DNA of 64,000 nucleotides from Candidatus Curtissbacteria bacterium (GCA_016183325.1 JACPEV010000003.1:18000-81999), one strand, 5' to 3'. Shown: positions 36,100 to 45,710, numbered from the stretch's first letter. Program-made: numbers and translations. The notes: generated by a model from the letters alone, not told the origin.

Positions 36100-36143
36100 A
36101 AATGCCCCAAGTTTCGTCAGTTGCAGGAATTTAAAGAAGTAAA

Positions 36144-36182
36144 CTATACAAATTTCTGACGATCGTCAAAGAACAGTATAAA
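36144..36182. repeat. solo copy of the IS-end palindrome (cTGACGATCGTCA core)
   Basis: ctatacaaatttctgacgatcgtcaaagaacagtataaa matches the ends of the IS at 14309-15794. Confidence 0.6.
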
Positions 36183-36306
36183 TTAAATTTGATACTATGA
36201 TTCGAATCATTAGAACAATTGCTGCTAAACAAATCCAGCAATTTAATAATAAAACAATAGAACAATTATTATAATCTATAAATTTGAAGAGGGAGAAGAT
36301 ATTAGT

Positions 36307-37182
36307 TTATATTTTTGTATAGTATTTTTCATTTGTTCCATAAACAGTACAGGTATGTGCACCAACAGACAAACTTAGCTTAGGGACAGGGTATGATTTG
36401 TCCTTAATGGAATAAAATTTCCAATCTTTACTTAAATCTTCTATAGCGGCACTAGAGCTCGGCTCACCCCAAACTACAAGTGTTCCCGGGACAAATTTCT
36501 GATACTCTTTATATTCGTTTCTATGCTCTTTTAAATATTTTTCTGCACATTCAATTGCTTCTTCAGGAGAATAGTCAATATTGGCTATAGATAATTCTGG
36601 ATCGTTAATCTTAAAGTGCTCGGGCAAATCCCAATAAACATTACAAGTTTGAGCCCCAACGTAAAAATTGGGACTAAAGGGAAATTTTTCGGGCTTGGTT
36701 TTATGATTCATATACATGAAGTAGCAGAATTTGTCTTCTTTGCTATATTTGCTGTTTTTTTCTAAAAGTTGTGAGCAAGAATAAGACTCTTTTCCCGATT
36801 CTTTATCATCAATAATTAGACTGCTCAAGATGGGATATACGATTTGGTTTTCAGCTACGAAATCCTTTACGCATTGCTTAGCTTGTTCAGGTGTAACCTC
36901 TTTATATTCGTCTTTTAAATAGAGATCCTTATATTCACAAGTATAACCTCCTAACACACATCCAAAATTATCACTCCCTCCTCCGCAATAAGCAGCTAAA
37001 TTACACTTATCTTTAGGACAACCATTTTCCATTGAACAGTAAGAGAAAAGTACGTTGGGAACTGGGTTAGTATAGAGGATTTGTCTAGAAATGGATCTAG
37101 AGTGGATGAAATAAAAGATTCCACCTGTTACAAGTAGTCCTATTACAACCAAGATTAAAATCGGAGCAAAACCGCGGCGCAC
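36307..37182 (-). CDS. secreted protein of unknown function (MRRGFAPILIL signal-peptide family), GTG start
   Basis: GTG at 37180-37182 gives MRRGFAPILILVVIGLLV..., the same N-terminus as the ATG-initiated paralog at 39204-40250. Cys-rich mature region. The track ORF extends further upstream only as stop-free read-through. Confidence 0.55.
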   Translation of the reverse strand: MRRGFAPILILVVIGLLVTGGIFYFIHSRSISRQILYTNPVPNVLFSYCSMENGCPKDKCNLAAYCGGGSDNFGCVLGGYTCEYKDLYLKDEYKEVTPEQAKQCVKDFVAENQIVYPILSSLIIDDKESGKESYSCSQLLEKNSKYSKEDKFCYFMYMNHKTKPEKFPFSPNFYVGAQTCNVYWDLPEHFKINDPELSIANIDYSPEEAIECAEKYLKEHRNEYKEYQKFVPGTLVVWGEPSSSAAIEDLSKDWKFYSIKDKSYPVPKLSLSVGAHTCTVYGTNEKYYTKI

Positions 37183-37225
37183 AATTTTATAATTGCACTT
37201 TTTACGGCCGTTGACAATGGAGAAC

Positions 37226-37489
37226 ATCTGTGTGTATAATTGTGTGTATATGAGAACAAATGTAATTTTACCTGATGATTTAATTGCAGAAATAGATAAG
37301 ATAGCGGGCGCCAGAAAAAGAAGTAAATTCTTAGAAGAAGCCGCACGTGATCGGATTGAGTCAGAAAAATTAATGGATGCTTTTGAAAAAGCTCGAGGTA
37401 TTTTGAAGAACGATCCCAGATTTGCCACCAGAGCTAAAGTCCGCAAGTATATTCGTGACTTCAGACGCAAAAATAGTTACAGATTCTAA
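37226..37489 (+). CDS. vapB: ribbon-helix-helix (CopG-like) antitoxin. Track ORF starts at 37193.
   Basis: MRTNVILPDDLIAEIDKIAGARKRSKFLEEAARDRI RHH motif. Followed 2 nt later by a PIN gene. Confidence 0.55.
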   Translation: MCVYNCVYMRTNVILPDDLIAEIDKIAGARKRSKFLEEAARDRIESEKLMDAFEKARGILKNDPRFATRAKVRKYIRDFRRKNSYRF

Positions 37490-37491
37490 TC

Positions 37492-37869
37492 ATGCCCGTG
37501 GTTAGATATCTTCTTGACTCCGACGTAATCATAGAATATCTAAAAGATAACAGAGAAACAGTCACGCTTATAAATAAGACTGGTGGTAAAGGGTTATCTT
37601 GCAGCGTTTTAACTATTATTGAGGTTAAACGAGGCGTGAGACCAAAACAAGAAGCTACTTCAGCAGATTTATTCAAAATAATCAAAGCTTACCCTGTGGA
37701 TAAACAGATTGCAGAACTTGCTGTTGCTTTTGCACGGGAATGGCAGGGAAAGGGCAAATTTTTGCAGCTAGTTGATGCTTGCATTGCCGCAACTTGTGTT
37801 ATCTACGATTTGACTCTGGTTACGTATAACAAGCGTGATTATCCGATGAAAGAGCTGAGGATAATTTAG
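37492..37869 (+). CDS. vapC: PIN-domain toxin (VapC family)
   Basis: MPVVRYLLDSDVIIEYL...IAATCVIYDLTLVTYNKRDY. Confidence 0.7.
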   Translation: MPVVRYLLDSDVIIEYLKDNRETVTLINKTGGKGLSCSVLTIIEVKRGVRPKQEATSADLFKIIKAYPVDKQIAELAVAFAREWQGKGKFLQLVDACIAATCVIYDLTLVTYNKRDYPMKELRII

Positions 37870-37929
37870 TCGAGGAATTTGTCCACCTAATCTTACCTCA
37901 AGTCTTTTCATCCGCCAGTTGGCGGAACG

Positions 37930-38060
37930 ACTTGAAGAGCGATCTTTGGCGGATCAGTCTATAAACTGAAAGGTGGAGAGGATTTGGTTGAATTAAAATC
38001 GGAGCAAAACCGCGGCGCATACTTTTATCTTGGCAGTTTTGGCGCAGTTTTACAAATTCT
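37930..38060. repeat. gene-end mini-repeat: 3'-end motif plus promoter/5' start of the secreted-protein family, without a gene body
   Basis: ctgaaaggtggagaggatttgg (the QILSTFQF-encoding 3' motif) is joined directly to attaaaatcggagcaaaaccgcggcgcat (the MRRGFAPILI start) and the conserved upstream cttggcagtttt promoter region. The same arrangement recurs at 38820-38905. Confidence 0.65.
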
Positions 38061-38138
38061 GACATAACTACTCGCGTAGTTACTTACAAAGTAATGGATA
38101 TTGACAAATGTAATGCAATTTGTTAAATTTAATGCATT

Positions 38139-38390
38139 ATGAGCTATATTGTTTCCATCACCTCACAAGGGCAAATTAGCATCCCGGCAAAAATACGTCG
38201 AGAGCTTGGATTGGATAAAAAGAAAAAGGCATTAGTGACGGTCAAGGAAGGAAATATTGTCGTGGAACCTGTAAAGGATTTGCTGGAACTGCGAGGTTCA
38301 TTAAAAACTACTATAAAAGCGACCCGTAAACAAATTCGTGATGCGTTCGAAACGTATCTGGGGAAAGAAGCTGTTAAAGGGATAAGGTGA
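38139..38390 (+). CDS. AbrB/MazE/SpoVT-type antitoxin
   Basis: MSYIVSITSQGQISIPAKIRRELGL swapped-hairpin motif. Overlaps the downstream PIN gene by 4 nt. Confidence 0.6.
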   Translation: MSYIVSITSQGQISIPAKIRRELGLDKKKKALVTVKEGNIVVEPVKDLLELRGSLKTTIKATRKQIRDAFETYLGKEAVKGIR

Positions 38391-38770
38391 CGAGAACTGT
38401 TATTGACGCAAATGCTTTCCTAAGACTTCTATTGGACGATATCCCAAGCCAAGCAGATCAAATTCAAAAGATTCTTCTTGAAGCGAAGAAAAATAAAAAG
38501 GAGTTGTTAGTACCGCAGATTATTATTTTTGAAATAGTGTTTGCTCTCGAGAAATATTATCATTTTCCTAAACAAAAAATTGTAGATAATATTAAGTCAA
38601 TTTTAGCAATGAGGTATTTTAAAATTCAAGACAGAGAAATCTTTAAAAGGGCAATAGATCTTTTTGATAAAAAGAATGTTTCATTAACTGATTGTTTTCT
38701 TGTGTATTTTGTACAGCACAACGATGCAAATCTCTTCAGTTTCGATAAAGATTTAAAGAAATTACAGTAA
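38387..38770 (+). CDS. vapC: PIN-domain toxin (VapC family)
   Basis: MTRTVIDANAFLRLLLDD...LTDCFLVYF...FSFDKD. Confidence 0.7.
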   Translation: MTRTVIDANAFLRLLLDDIPSQADQIQKILLEAKKNKKELLVPQIIIFEIVFALEKYYHFPKQKIVDNIKSILAMRYFKIQDREIFKRAIDLFDKKNVSLTDCFLVYFVQHNDANLFSFDKDLKKLQ

Positions 38771-38819
38771 AAGATAAGCTTCATTACTCTTTAAAGTAGA
38801 TTAGTCGGGGGATTGATCC

Positions 38820-38905
38820 TACTTTTAGCGGATCAGTTAATAAACTGAAAGGTGGAGAGGATTTGGTTGAATTAAAATCGGGGCAAAACCGCGGCGCATA
38901 CTTTT
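38820..38905. repeat. gene-end mini-repeat, second copy
   Basis: ttagcggatcagttaataaactgaaaggtggagaggatttggttgaattaaaatcggggcaaaaccgcggcgcatac is near-identical to 37930-38010. Confidence 0.65.
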
Positions 38906-39203
38906 ATCATGGCAGTTGGAGAGAAAAGAGTCAAAGTTTCAATGAGTCTATGAAATACCAAAACCACGCAATAGCGTGAAAGTGGTATGTGGACCGTTTT
39001 GGTTGCTAGGGTAAACTCAGTGATGAATCTTACAGCACATTGTCATTGCGAGGAGTCCTTCGACTTCTCTCAGGACGAGAAAGCAATCTAATACATAAAA
39101 AATTGATTCGTTTCACTCGCGATGACAAATGTAATTATCCAGTTTAAAGATCTAAAGGTGAAGCAGATTTGTTTCTAACTTAATGGGATTTCTCACTAAA
39201 AAG

Positions 39204-40250
39204 TTATTTAAGTCTTTGATATTTCACCCCATCCCAATCTAATAGTTCTTGATTAAAATCATAACTAGTAGAAATAGGTCCGCCAGACTCACTTTTTGCA
39301 TTCAATAAATTATTCTTACATGAATAAAAACCACTCTCTGAGAAATCGGAGTGATTCCACTCGAAAGTTGACTGTCCATAGTCTGAAAGAGTTGTTCCCT
39401 CTTGAAATTGTATACTCCAATAACCCATTTCAGCTCCATTTGGTCCAAGTCCAACCTCATGCTTATCTACCGAACGAAAAGTAGAATTACTAAAAAGAGT
39501 ACAAAAATCTGAATTATTTGGTCCGATCTGGGAATTTAAAAATTTAAAGGTGGAGAGGATTTGGTGAAAAACTCCAAGAATATCATTCTTTTTAAGATAA
39601 GTATCCCAATAATGAATGACGATCACTATCAGTGAGCCATCAAAATTGCCGGGTATATAGTATGTTTTTGTTATCTGCGATGTATGATTTGATTCATAAA
39701 TACAGAGTGGATGGGAGACTTGCACCATTGCCCTGACATTTCCTATTATTACTTCGTTCGGTTCATTCAAGTAATATATACCGGCTGGTCCTTGGCAGGC
39801 TATTGGCGTCTCGCTTAGGTTAATTTTCCAGAAAGAACTTTTGGGATTAAATAATTCTGCTTGCGTAATTTCCTTTTCTCCATATTTTTTTCTAAATTCT
39901 GTTGTTTCTACTGATATTTCTCCATAAACTCTGCTAGGTTGATCTATTTCATAATAAATTTCTGCATTTCGGGCTTCATTTTCGAAATCAGCATTAGTGT
40001 TACTAATGATTTTAAATTGCCAAGAATCAGGGTATTTCAGGGTAAATTTTCCCACTGTATTTGTATATGTCTTCCAATTGGCCCCGATTGAATCGGGGTT
40101 AGCTGTTTCGTCGGTTGAAGATGGGGACGGTGATGTTGTTGATTGAGGTTGTGATTGAGTTTTAGGTTTACTTTGCTGATATAGAAAGGCTCCGATTACA
40201 GAGATAGCAACTATGATTAGAATTAAAATCGGGGCAAAACCGCGGCGCAT
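39204..40250 (-). CDS. secreted protein of unknown function (MRRGFAPILIL / YTNxxGKFxLKYPxxW family) with internal QILSTFKFL motif and C-terminal extension
   Basis: Signal peptide, S/T/P-rich linker, WKTYTNTVGKFTLKYPDSWQF start of the mature domain. Paralogous to 36307-37182 and the partial gene at 63577-64000. Confidence 0.6.
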   Translation of the reverse strand: MRRGFAPILILIIVAISVIGAFLYQQSKPKTQSQPQSTTSPSPSSTDETANPDSIGANWKTYTNTVGKFTLKYPDSWQFKIISNTNADFENEARNAEIYYEIDQPSRVYGEISVETTEFRKKYGEKEITQAELFNPKSSFWKINLSETPIACQGPAGIYYLNEPNEVIIGNVRAMVQVSHPLCIYESNHTSQITKTYYIPGNFDGSLIVIVIHYWDTYLKKNDILGVFHQILSTFKFLNSQIGPNNSDFCTLFSNSTFRSVDKHEVGLGPNGAEMGYWSIQFQEGTTLSDYGQSTFEWNHSDFSESGFYSCKNNLLNAKSESGGPISTSYDFNQELLDWDGVKYQRLK

Positions 40251-40495
40251 AATTTTATCTTGGCAGTTTTCGGGAAACTTTACAAACTATACCCCAAATT
40301 CTTTTGGTATACTGAGAAACTATAAGTATTCACCTTTTTCCAATGTCATCCTCGCGAAAGCGAGGATCCAGCTTCAATTAAATAGATTCCCGCATTCGCG
40401 GGAATGACAAGTGGGGGGCGGGAATGACAAATTAACTAAAAACTTAAATTTGCCATCAATTTCTTTTGGTATACTGAGAAACTGACTTTCCCAAG

Positions 40496-42376
40496 ATGGA
40501 CATTTTGAAAGATTTAAATTCAGACCAGATTGCTGCAGTTAAGCAAACCGACGGCCCGGTTTTAATTTTAGCAGGTGCTGGCAGCGGAAAAACAAGAGTT
40601 TTGACATATAAGGTTGCCTATTTGATTCAAAAAGGGATCAGACCGGAAAATATCATTGCCATGACATTCACCAACAAAGCGGCCAATGAGATGAAAGAGA
40701 GGGTCTATCGTCTCCTCCACCTCCGAGGCTTCGGCCGTGAGCTCAGCCGAATCGGTGAAAGCTCCTCACACCTCGGAGGTGTTGCCGGCGGTGATTCACC
40801 ATTTGTTGGGACTTTTCATGCTTTTTGTGCAAAACTACTCCGACTTGACGGCAAATTTATTGGAATACCATCGGGCTATTTAATTTATGACGATGACGAC
40901 AGTCTGAGTTTAATTAAAAAAATTATGTCTGATAACAATATTTCGGTTAAAAATTTCAGGCCGAGTTCAATTTTGAACGCTATTTCTTCTGCAAAAAGTG
41001 AATTAATCGGGCCGACCGATTACATACAGTTTGCAAGAGGTTACTTTGCTGAAACGGTTGCCAAAGTTTATGAACCATATCAGGCGACTTTACATGAAAT
41101 AAATGCTTGCGACTTTGATGATCTTTTAATGCAGACAGTTAGACTTTTTCGAGAATATCCAAATGTCCTTGAAAAATGGGCAGTGCGATTCCAGTACGTA
41201 TTGGTTGACGAATATCAAGACGTAAATACCGCTCAATATGTTTTAACTAAACAACTTGCAAGTGTCCATGGTAATCTGACAGTGGTCGGTGATGCATCCC
41301 AGGCGATTTATTCTTTTAGAGGAGCGGATTTTAGGAATATTTTAAACTTCGAAAGAGACTTCCCTAAGGCGAAGGTTTTTAATTTGGAGCGAAATTATAG
41401 ATCAACTCAGACAATACTTTCGGCTGCAAATGTAGTGATTGCTAAAAACAGTTCACATCCGATTTTGAAACTTTGGACAAAAAACGATCAGGGTGATCTG
41501 ATTAGTACTTACAATGCCCACAATGAAGTCGATGAGGCGAATTTTATTGTTGAGATGATAGTTTCTTCGGGTAAATCGTTGTCTTGCTTCGCTGTACTTT
41601 ACCGAACTAATGCTCAATCAAGAACGATTGAGGAAGCACTCCTTCATGCCAATATTCCCTATAAACTGTACGGCGGGGTAAGTTTCTATGCCAGAAAGGA
41701 AGTCAAAGACGTCTTAGCTTACTTAAGATTGATTGCCAACCCACGCGACAACGTTTCCAAAAATCGGATTGAGAAATTGGGTAAGAAGCGGTATGAGAAA
41801 TTTGAAGAGCTGGTTAAGAGATTCCAAGGGTCGGACCCTCAAGAAAGAAAAGGTTCTAAAAAGGGTCCGACCCTAAATAGGTTGCCACCGATAGATCTTA
41901 TTGATAAAGTTTTGGCGGCAACTGATTACCTAGCACTGATCGATGATGGTTCGGAACAAGGATTATCTCGAGTTGAAAACGTAAAGGAATTACGATCTGT
42001 GGCTGCTGACTTTGAAAATTTGGCAACTTTTTTGGAAGCGGTTACTTTGATGGAGGGTAAGGTTGCCCCTGATAAATCGTATGAGGCCGAGTCTGACTCG
42101 GTGAAGTTGATGACTTTGCATGCTGCAAAGGGATTGGAGTTTGATAATGTTTTTATCATTGGTATGGAGGAAGGACTCTTTCCCCATTCGCGCAGTATGC
42201 TAGACGTGGCGCAGCTTGAGGAAGAAAGAAGATTGGCTTATGTGGGCATGACGCGGGCAAAGCAAAAATTGTACCTAACTTATGCCACAAACCGCCTTTA
42301 TTTTGGAACCCAAAGTTCCAATTTAGTTTCGCGATTTGTGGTGGATATACCGGAAGAATTAATAACCCCCATCTAG
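40496..42376 (+). CDS. pcrA: UvrD/PcrA-family DNA helicase
   Basis: Walker A AGAGSGKT, motif VDEYQD, GDASQAIYSFRGA, and C-terminal YVGMTRAK. 626 aa. Contains a GC-rich palindromic in-frame insert (40713-40781) encoding LHLRGFGRELSRIGESSSHLGGV. Confidence 0.85.
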   Translation: MDILKDLNSDQIAAVKQTDGPVLILAGAGSGKTRVLTYKVAYLIQKGIRPENIIAMTFTNKAANEMKERVYRLLHLRGFGRELSRIGESSSHLGGVAGGDSPFVGTFHAFCAKLLRLDGKFIGIPSGYLIYDDDDSLSLIKKIMSDNNISVKNFRPSSILNAISSAKSELIGPTDYIQFARGYFAETVAKVYEPYQATLHEINACDFDDLLMQTVRLFREYPNVLEKWAVRFQYVLVDEYQDVNTAQYVLTKQLASVHGNLTVVGDASQAIYSFRGADFRNILNFERDFPKAKVFNLERNYRSTQTILSAANVVIAKNSSHPILKLWTKNDQGDLISTYNAHNEVDEANFIVEMIVSSGKSLSCFAVLYRTNAQSRTIEEALLHANIPYKLYGGVSFYARKEVKDVLAYLRLIANPRDNVSKNRIEKLGKKRYEKFEELVKRFQGSDPQERKGSKKGPTLNRLPPIDLIDKVLAATDYLALIDDGSEQGLSRVENVKELRSVAADFENLATFLEAVTLMEGKVAPDKSYEAESDSVKLMTLHAAKGLEFDNVFIIGMEEGLFPHSRSMLDVAQLEEERRLAYVGMTRAKQKLYLTYATNRLYFGTQSSNLVSRFVVDIPEELITPI

Positions 42377-42390
42377 TAAAATAGTTTTGA

Positions 42391-43571
42391 ATGATCTTTA
42401 AATCTATCCCCCGGCAAGTTAAAAATCTGGGACTGGTGAGTCTTTTTAATGATATCGCTTCTGAAATGCTTTATCCGGTGATGCCGATTTTTTTAACGCA
42501 AGTGTTGGCGGCTCCAGTTGCTGTGGTGGGCATTATTGAAGGCGTGGCAGAGGGATCTTCTGCAATTTTTAAGACTCTATTTGGCTTGTGGTCGGACAAA
42601 CTTGGCAAGCGGAAAATATTTGTAGTTTTTGGCTATCTTTCTTCGGCGATTGCTAAAGTTATTATTGCTTTATCGATAATTTGGCCATGGGTATTTTTGG
42701 GAAGATTTGTTGACAGATTTGGCAAGGGAGTAAGAACAGGCGCGCGAGATGCTTTGCTTTTGGAAGCGGCTGATAAGAACAATAAGGGGTTGATTTTTGG
42801 CTTTCACAGATCCATGGATAGCGCCGGCGCGGTTTTGGGACCACTGATTGGTTTTTTCCTGCTTTTAAGTTTTGAGGAAAATATCAGATTGATTTTGTAT
42901 TTAGCCGCGATTCCCTCTCTTTTTGCTTTATTCTTTTTGATTTTCATCAAAGATGCCAAAAAAAATGAGAAGAAGAATTTGAGGTTGAGTCTAACTTTTA
43001 AAAATTTACCTAGTCAATTCAAATTATTTCTCTTAACTGTCGCGATTTTTTCGCTGGGAAACAGTTCTGATGTTTTTTTGATATTGCGAGCACAAAATTT
43101 GGGTTTAACTTTGAGCTTGGTGATTCTTGCTTATGTTATTTATAACTTTGTCTACACTTTTGCTTCAACACCCGCCGGAGGTTTCTCGGACAAAATCGGG
43201 CCTAAAAAGATTTTTTGGTGGGAATTTTAATTTATATTGCAGTTTATTTGGGATTTGCATTTACCAATAGTGCCTTTTATGTTTGGCCGCTGTTTGCAAT
43301 TTATGGATTTTATATTGCGCTGACAGATGGAATTGCTAAGGCATTAGTCGGGTCGTATATTGAAAAAGAACAAGCAGGAACGGCGTATGGGGTACTGCAG
43401 ACGACGATTTCCATCTTTACACTTTTGGCATCGGTGATTGGCGGATTTTTGTGGCAGGTAATCTCACCGCAAGCGACTTTTTTATTCGCAGCTGGTTGTG
43501 CCTTGTTAGCTTTGGGATTATTTTTAGCTTATGGCAAGATTAGGGTAAAAGAGGATTTGATTGAACATTGA
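42391..43571 (+). pseudogene. MFS transporter split by a frameshift in a T6 run (about 43205-43212)
   Basis: The track ORF 42391-43230 ends ...DKIGPKKIFWWEF*. The +1 frame continues VGILIYIAVYLGFAF... (43215-43571). One extra T in aagatttttt|ggtggg would restore a single 12-TM MFS protein. Confidence 0.6.
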
Positions 43572-43749
43572 GATTTCGGGTTGACATACTACCTCGGGAA
43601 TCAATAATAGCTATATGAACTTAAAAATATTCGCATTCGCTGTATCGAGAAGTTTAGACTTTTACACTTGGTTCCCTATTTTACTTTTAATATCTATTTT
43701 TAATTAGGGCTTAACCGACGGGCAAATTAAGATTCTTCTTCCGCTTTTA

Positions 43750-44199
43750 TTGTTTTTTGACGTGTTTATTCCCATTTTTCTTTTCTTTTTAATTCTAAAA
43801 AGAGGTGGCATAAGTGACATCGATGTGACTAAACGTGAGGAAAGATATAAGTTATTCGGTGGCATGACAGTGATACTAATTATCCCAACGATTTTTGCCT
43901 ATATTTTCGGTAATAATCTTTTCTTTGTGCTGCATCTAATTTCCTTAATTGCAGCGTTCACGCTGTATTTAATAACTTTACGCTTTAAGATTAGCGGTCA
44001 TCTTATCATGAATAGTGGGGGTATCTTTATTATAAATTATCTGTTTGACTGGAAACTGTTATGGCTTTTTGTAATTGTCCTTATTGTCGCCTTTGCGAGA
44101 ATTTATTTGAAGAAACATACGATTTTGGAAATTTTGACTGGTGGATTGGTAGGATTTCTCGTTCCTTACTTAGTCCTCAAATTTTTTAAGTTAATTTAA
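43750..44199 (+). CDS. small PAP2-like membrane phosphatase domain protein
   Basis: KISGHLIMNSG (PSGH-like) and FARIYLKKHTILEILTGGLVG (SRxxxxxHxxxD-like) within four TM helices. Confidence 0.45.
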   Translation: MFFDVFIPIFLFFLILKRGGISDIDVTKREERYKLFGGMTVILIIPTIFAYIFGNNLFFVLHLISLIAAFTLYLITLRFKISGHLIMNSGGIFIINYLFDWKLLWLFVIVLIVAFARIYLKKHTILEILTGGLVGFLVPYLVLKFFKLI

Positions 44200-44259
44200 A
44201 AGCCGCGCAAAATGCGCAATTGAGAAATTTGCGCGGATAGTGTGGGCTGTGCGGATATT

Positions 44260-44580
44260 TTACAGGTGAGCAGACTTGCTGTTGGTTTGGGGAACAATGC
44301 GAATTTCCAGGCGTGCCTTTAGGGCTTTGGTGATTTTTTCAAGTGTTTTAAAAGTATAAGCCGTGTAATCGGCGGACTCCAGCCGGGCGATGTTTGATTG
44401 TTTGGTACCCACGAGTTTGGCCAATTGAGCTTGAGTTAAACCTGCTTTTTTACGCAAATCGTAAACTTGGAATGCAATATCCCAAGCCCTATCTGCCTTC
44501 TCTAAACCTTCCGCAAGGTTTGGACGTTGTTTTAATAATTTTTCTGTAAATCTATCTAAATCGTCTTTTTTTCTTTTCAT
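44260..44580 (-). CDS. higA: HTH XRE-family antitoxin (HigA-like)
   Basis: GLTQAQLAKLVGTKQSNIARLE helix-turn-helix. Start overlaps the upstream toxin gene stop. Confidence 0.65.
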   Translation of the reverse strand: MKRKKDDLDRFTEKLLKQRPNLAEGLEKADRAWDIAFQVYDLRKKAGLTQAQLAKLVGTKQSNIARLESADYTAYTFKTLEKITKALKARLEIRIVPQTNSKSAHL

Positions 44581-44581
44581 A

Positions 44582-44974
44582 TCAGCTTTCCTTAATTTTA
44601 ATTTCTCTTAATCTTTTTCTAGCCAATTCCAGTTCGTTACTTGGTATCTTCTGTTGCTTCTTTATAAAAACATGTAAAAGAATTATTACTCGCCCTTTTT
44701 CAAAAGTGTATAAGATCCTTAAGATATTATTTCCTGATTTGATCCTTAATTCCCATAATCCAGGTTCAACATATTTTGACAATGGCTCACGATGGTAAGC
44801 CCTCTTTCTTAATTTTTCAATACCGCTTCTGGTTTTGACGACTAAGTCTATATTGGTTTTAGCCAAATCCAGTAGAAATTCTTCGACAGGACTTTTACCA
44901 TCGACGTCTTTATAAAAATAGATTCCAAAGTCCATTTTTATTATATCAATTTTGATATAAAAATCAAGGGGCAA
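44582..44974 (-). CDS. higB: RelE/HigB-like toxin (phage Gp49-like, PF05973-type)
   Basis: ...GLWELRIKSGNNILRILYTFEKGRVIILLHVFIKKQQKIPSNELELARKRL matches the Gp49/HigB-like toxin family that pairs with XRE antitoxins. Confidence 0.6.
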   Translation of the reverse strand: MPLDFYIKIDIIKMDFGIYFYKDVDGKSPVEEFLLDLAKTNIDLVVKTRSGIEKLRKRAYHREPLSKYVEPGLWELRIKSGNNILRILYTFEKGRVIILLHVFIKKQQKIPSNELELARKRLREIKIKES

Positions 44975-44977
44975 TAA

Positions 44978-45142
44978 TTACTTTTTAGATTTCTTCTCCT
45001 TTTCGCCATAATCTCGACTACTGATTAGAATGACTAGGGGTTTACCGGAGCGGGTGATGAGAATCTTTTTGCGGCCAAAGTGAACTTCGTTGAGAATATC
45101 TGCAAAATGTTGTCTGGCGAATCTTGCAGTAACTGTTTTCAT
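44978..45142 (-). CDS. Phd/YefM-family antitoxin-like protein. Track ORF starts at 45217; likely start is an internal Met.
   Basis: MKTVTARFARQHFADILNEVHFGRKKILITRSGKPLVILIS is the Phd/YefM fold signature. It sits 3 nt upstream of the HigB-like toxin gene. Confidence 0.5.
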   Translation of the reverse strand: MKTVTARFARQHFADILNEVHFGRKKILITRSGKPLVILISSRDYGEKEKKSKK

Positions 45143-45473
45143 TAACAGCATTGTATCTTTATGAAAAAATTGTGTCAATTGTGTACATTTGATACATTTT
45201 GTACCGATTGACAACATGGGTATTAAATGTTATTTTGTTTTTATGATGCATAATTTGTGTCTTTATTTAACTGGGGAATCTTCAAAAACTCTTTCAGATT
45301 TCTTCCAGTAAGTATTTTCGAAACAGGTGGAAGGTCGGGCTGAAGCCTTCTTAAATCCCGTAAGGGTAAGTAAAGTTCTGCGAGGTTGCGAAGCATTTGG
45401 GTGGGAAAGTTCTGACAAACCCAATTAACAACCAGCCTGTTTCTAAATGCAAATTTCAATATTTGTGGGTAGT

Positions 45474-45710
45474 GACTGAATTAAACCGCTATGCAGGGTT
45501 AAGGTGGCTTCTGGTCGGATGATGAATTCGGCAGCTGACGGCAAGTGTTGAGGCTAAACAGGAGCGCTGGGGGCCAAAAGTCCGGTTGATGTGAAAGCAA
45601 CCCTACAGCTTGGGACTGACTACTGCAGAGGCTTCCAAACTTGGGAGAGTAGGTTGAGAGGCGAGGAGAAGTCCTCAAATCAAGACAATTCTTCCCTACC
45701 CACTTTGTTA
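45474..45710 (+). ncRNA. candidate structured RNA closed by an 8 bp terminal helix (GUGGGUAG...CUACCCAC)
   Basis: About 237 nt GC-rich non-coding stretch between converging or diverging genes. Perfect terminal pairing gtgggtag/ctacccac. Internal AAAGUCCGG and GUGAAAGC motifs. Strand and class unresolved. Confidence 0.35.

Noticed and set aside
37183-37470. N-terminal 96 codons of track ORF 36307-37470
   Set aside because: The paralog comparison places the real start at GTG 37180-37182 (MRRGFAPILIL). Upstream codons are stop-free read-through overlapping the antitoxin gene on the other strand.
45241-45459. Minus-strand ORF 45241-45459 (72 aa)
   Set aside because: No motifs. Overlaps the edge of the candidate structured-RNA region. 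Likely spurious.
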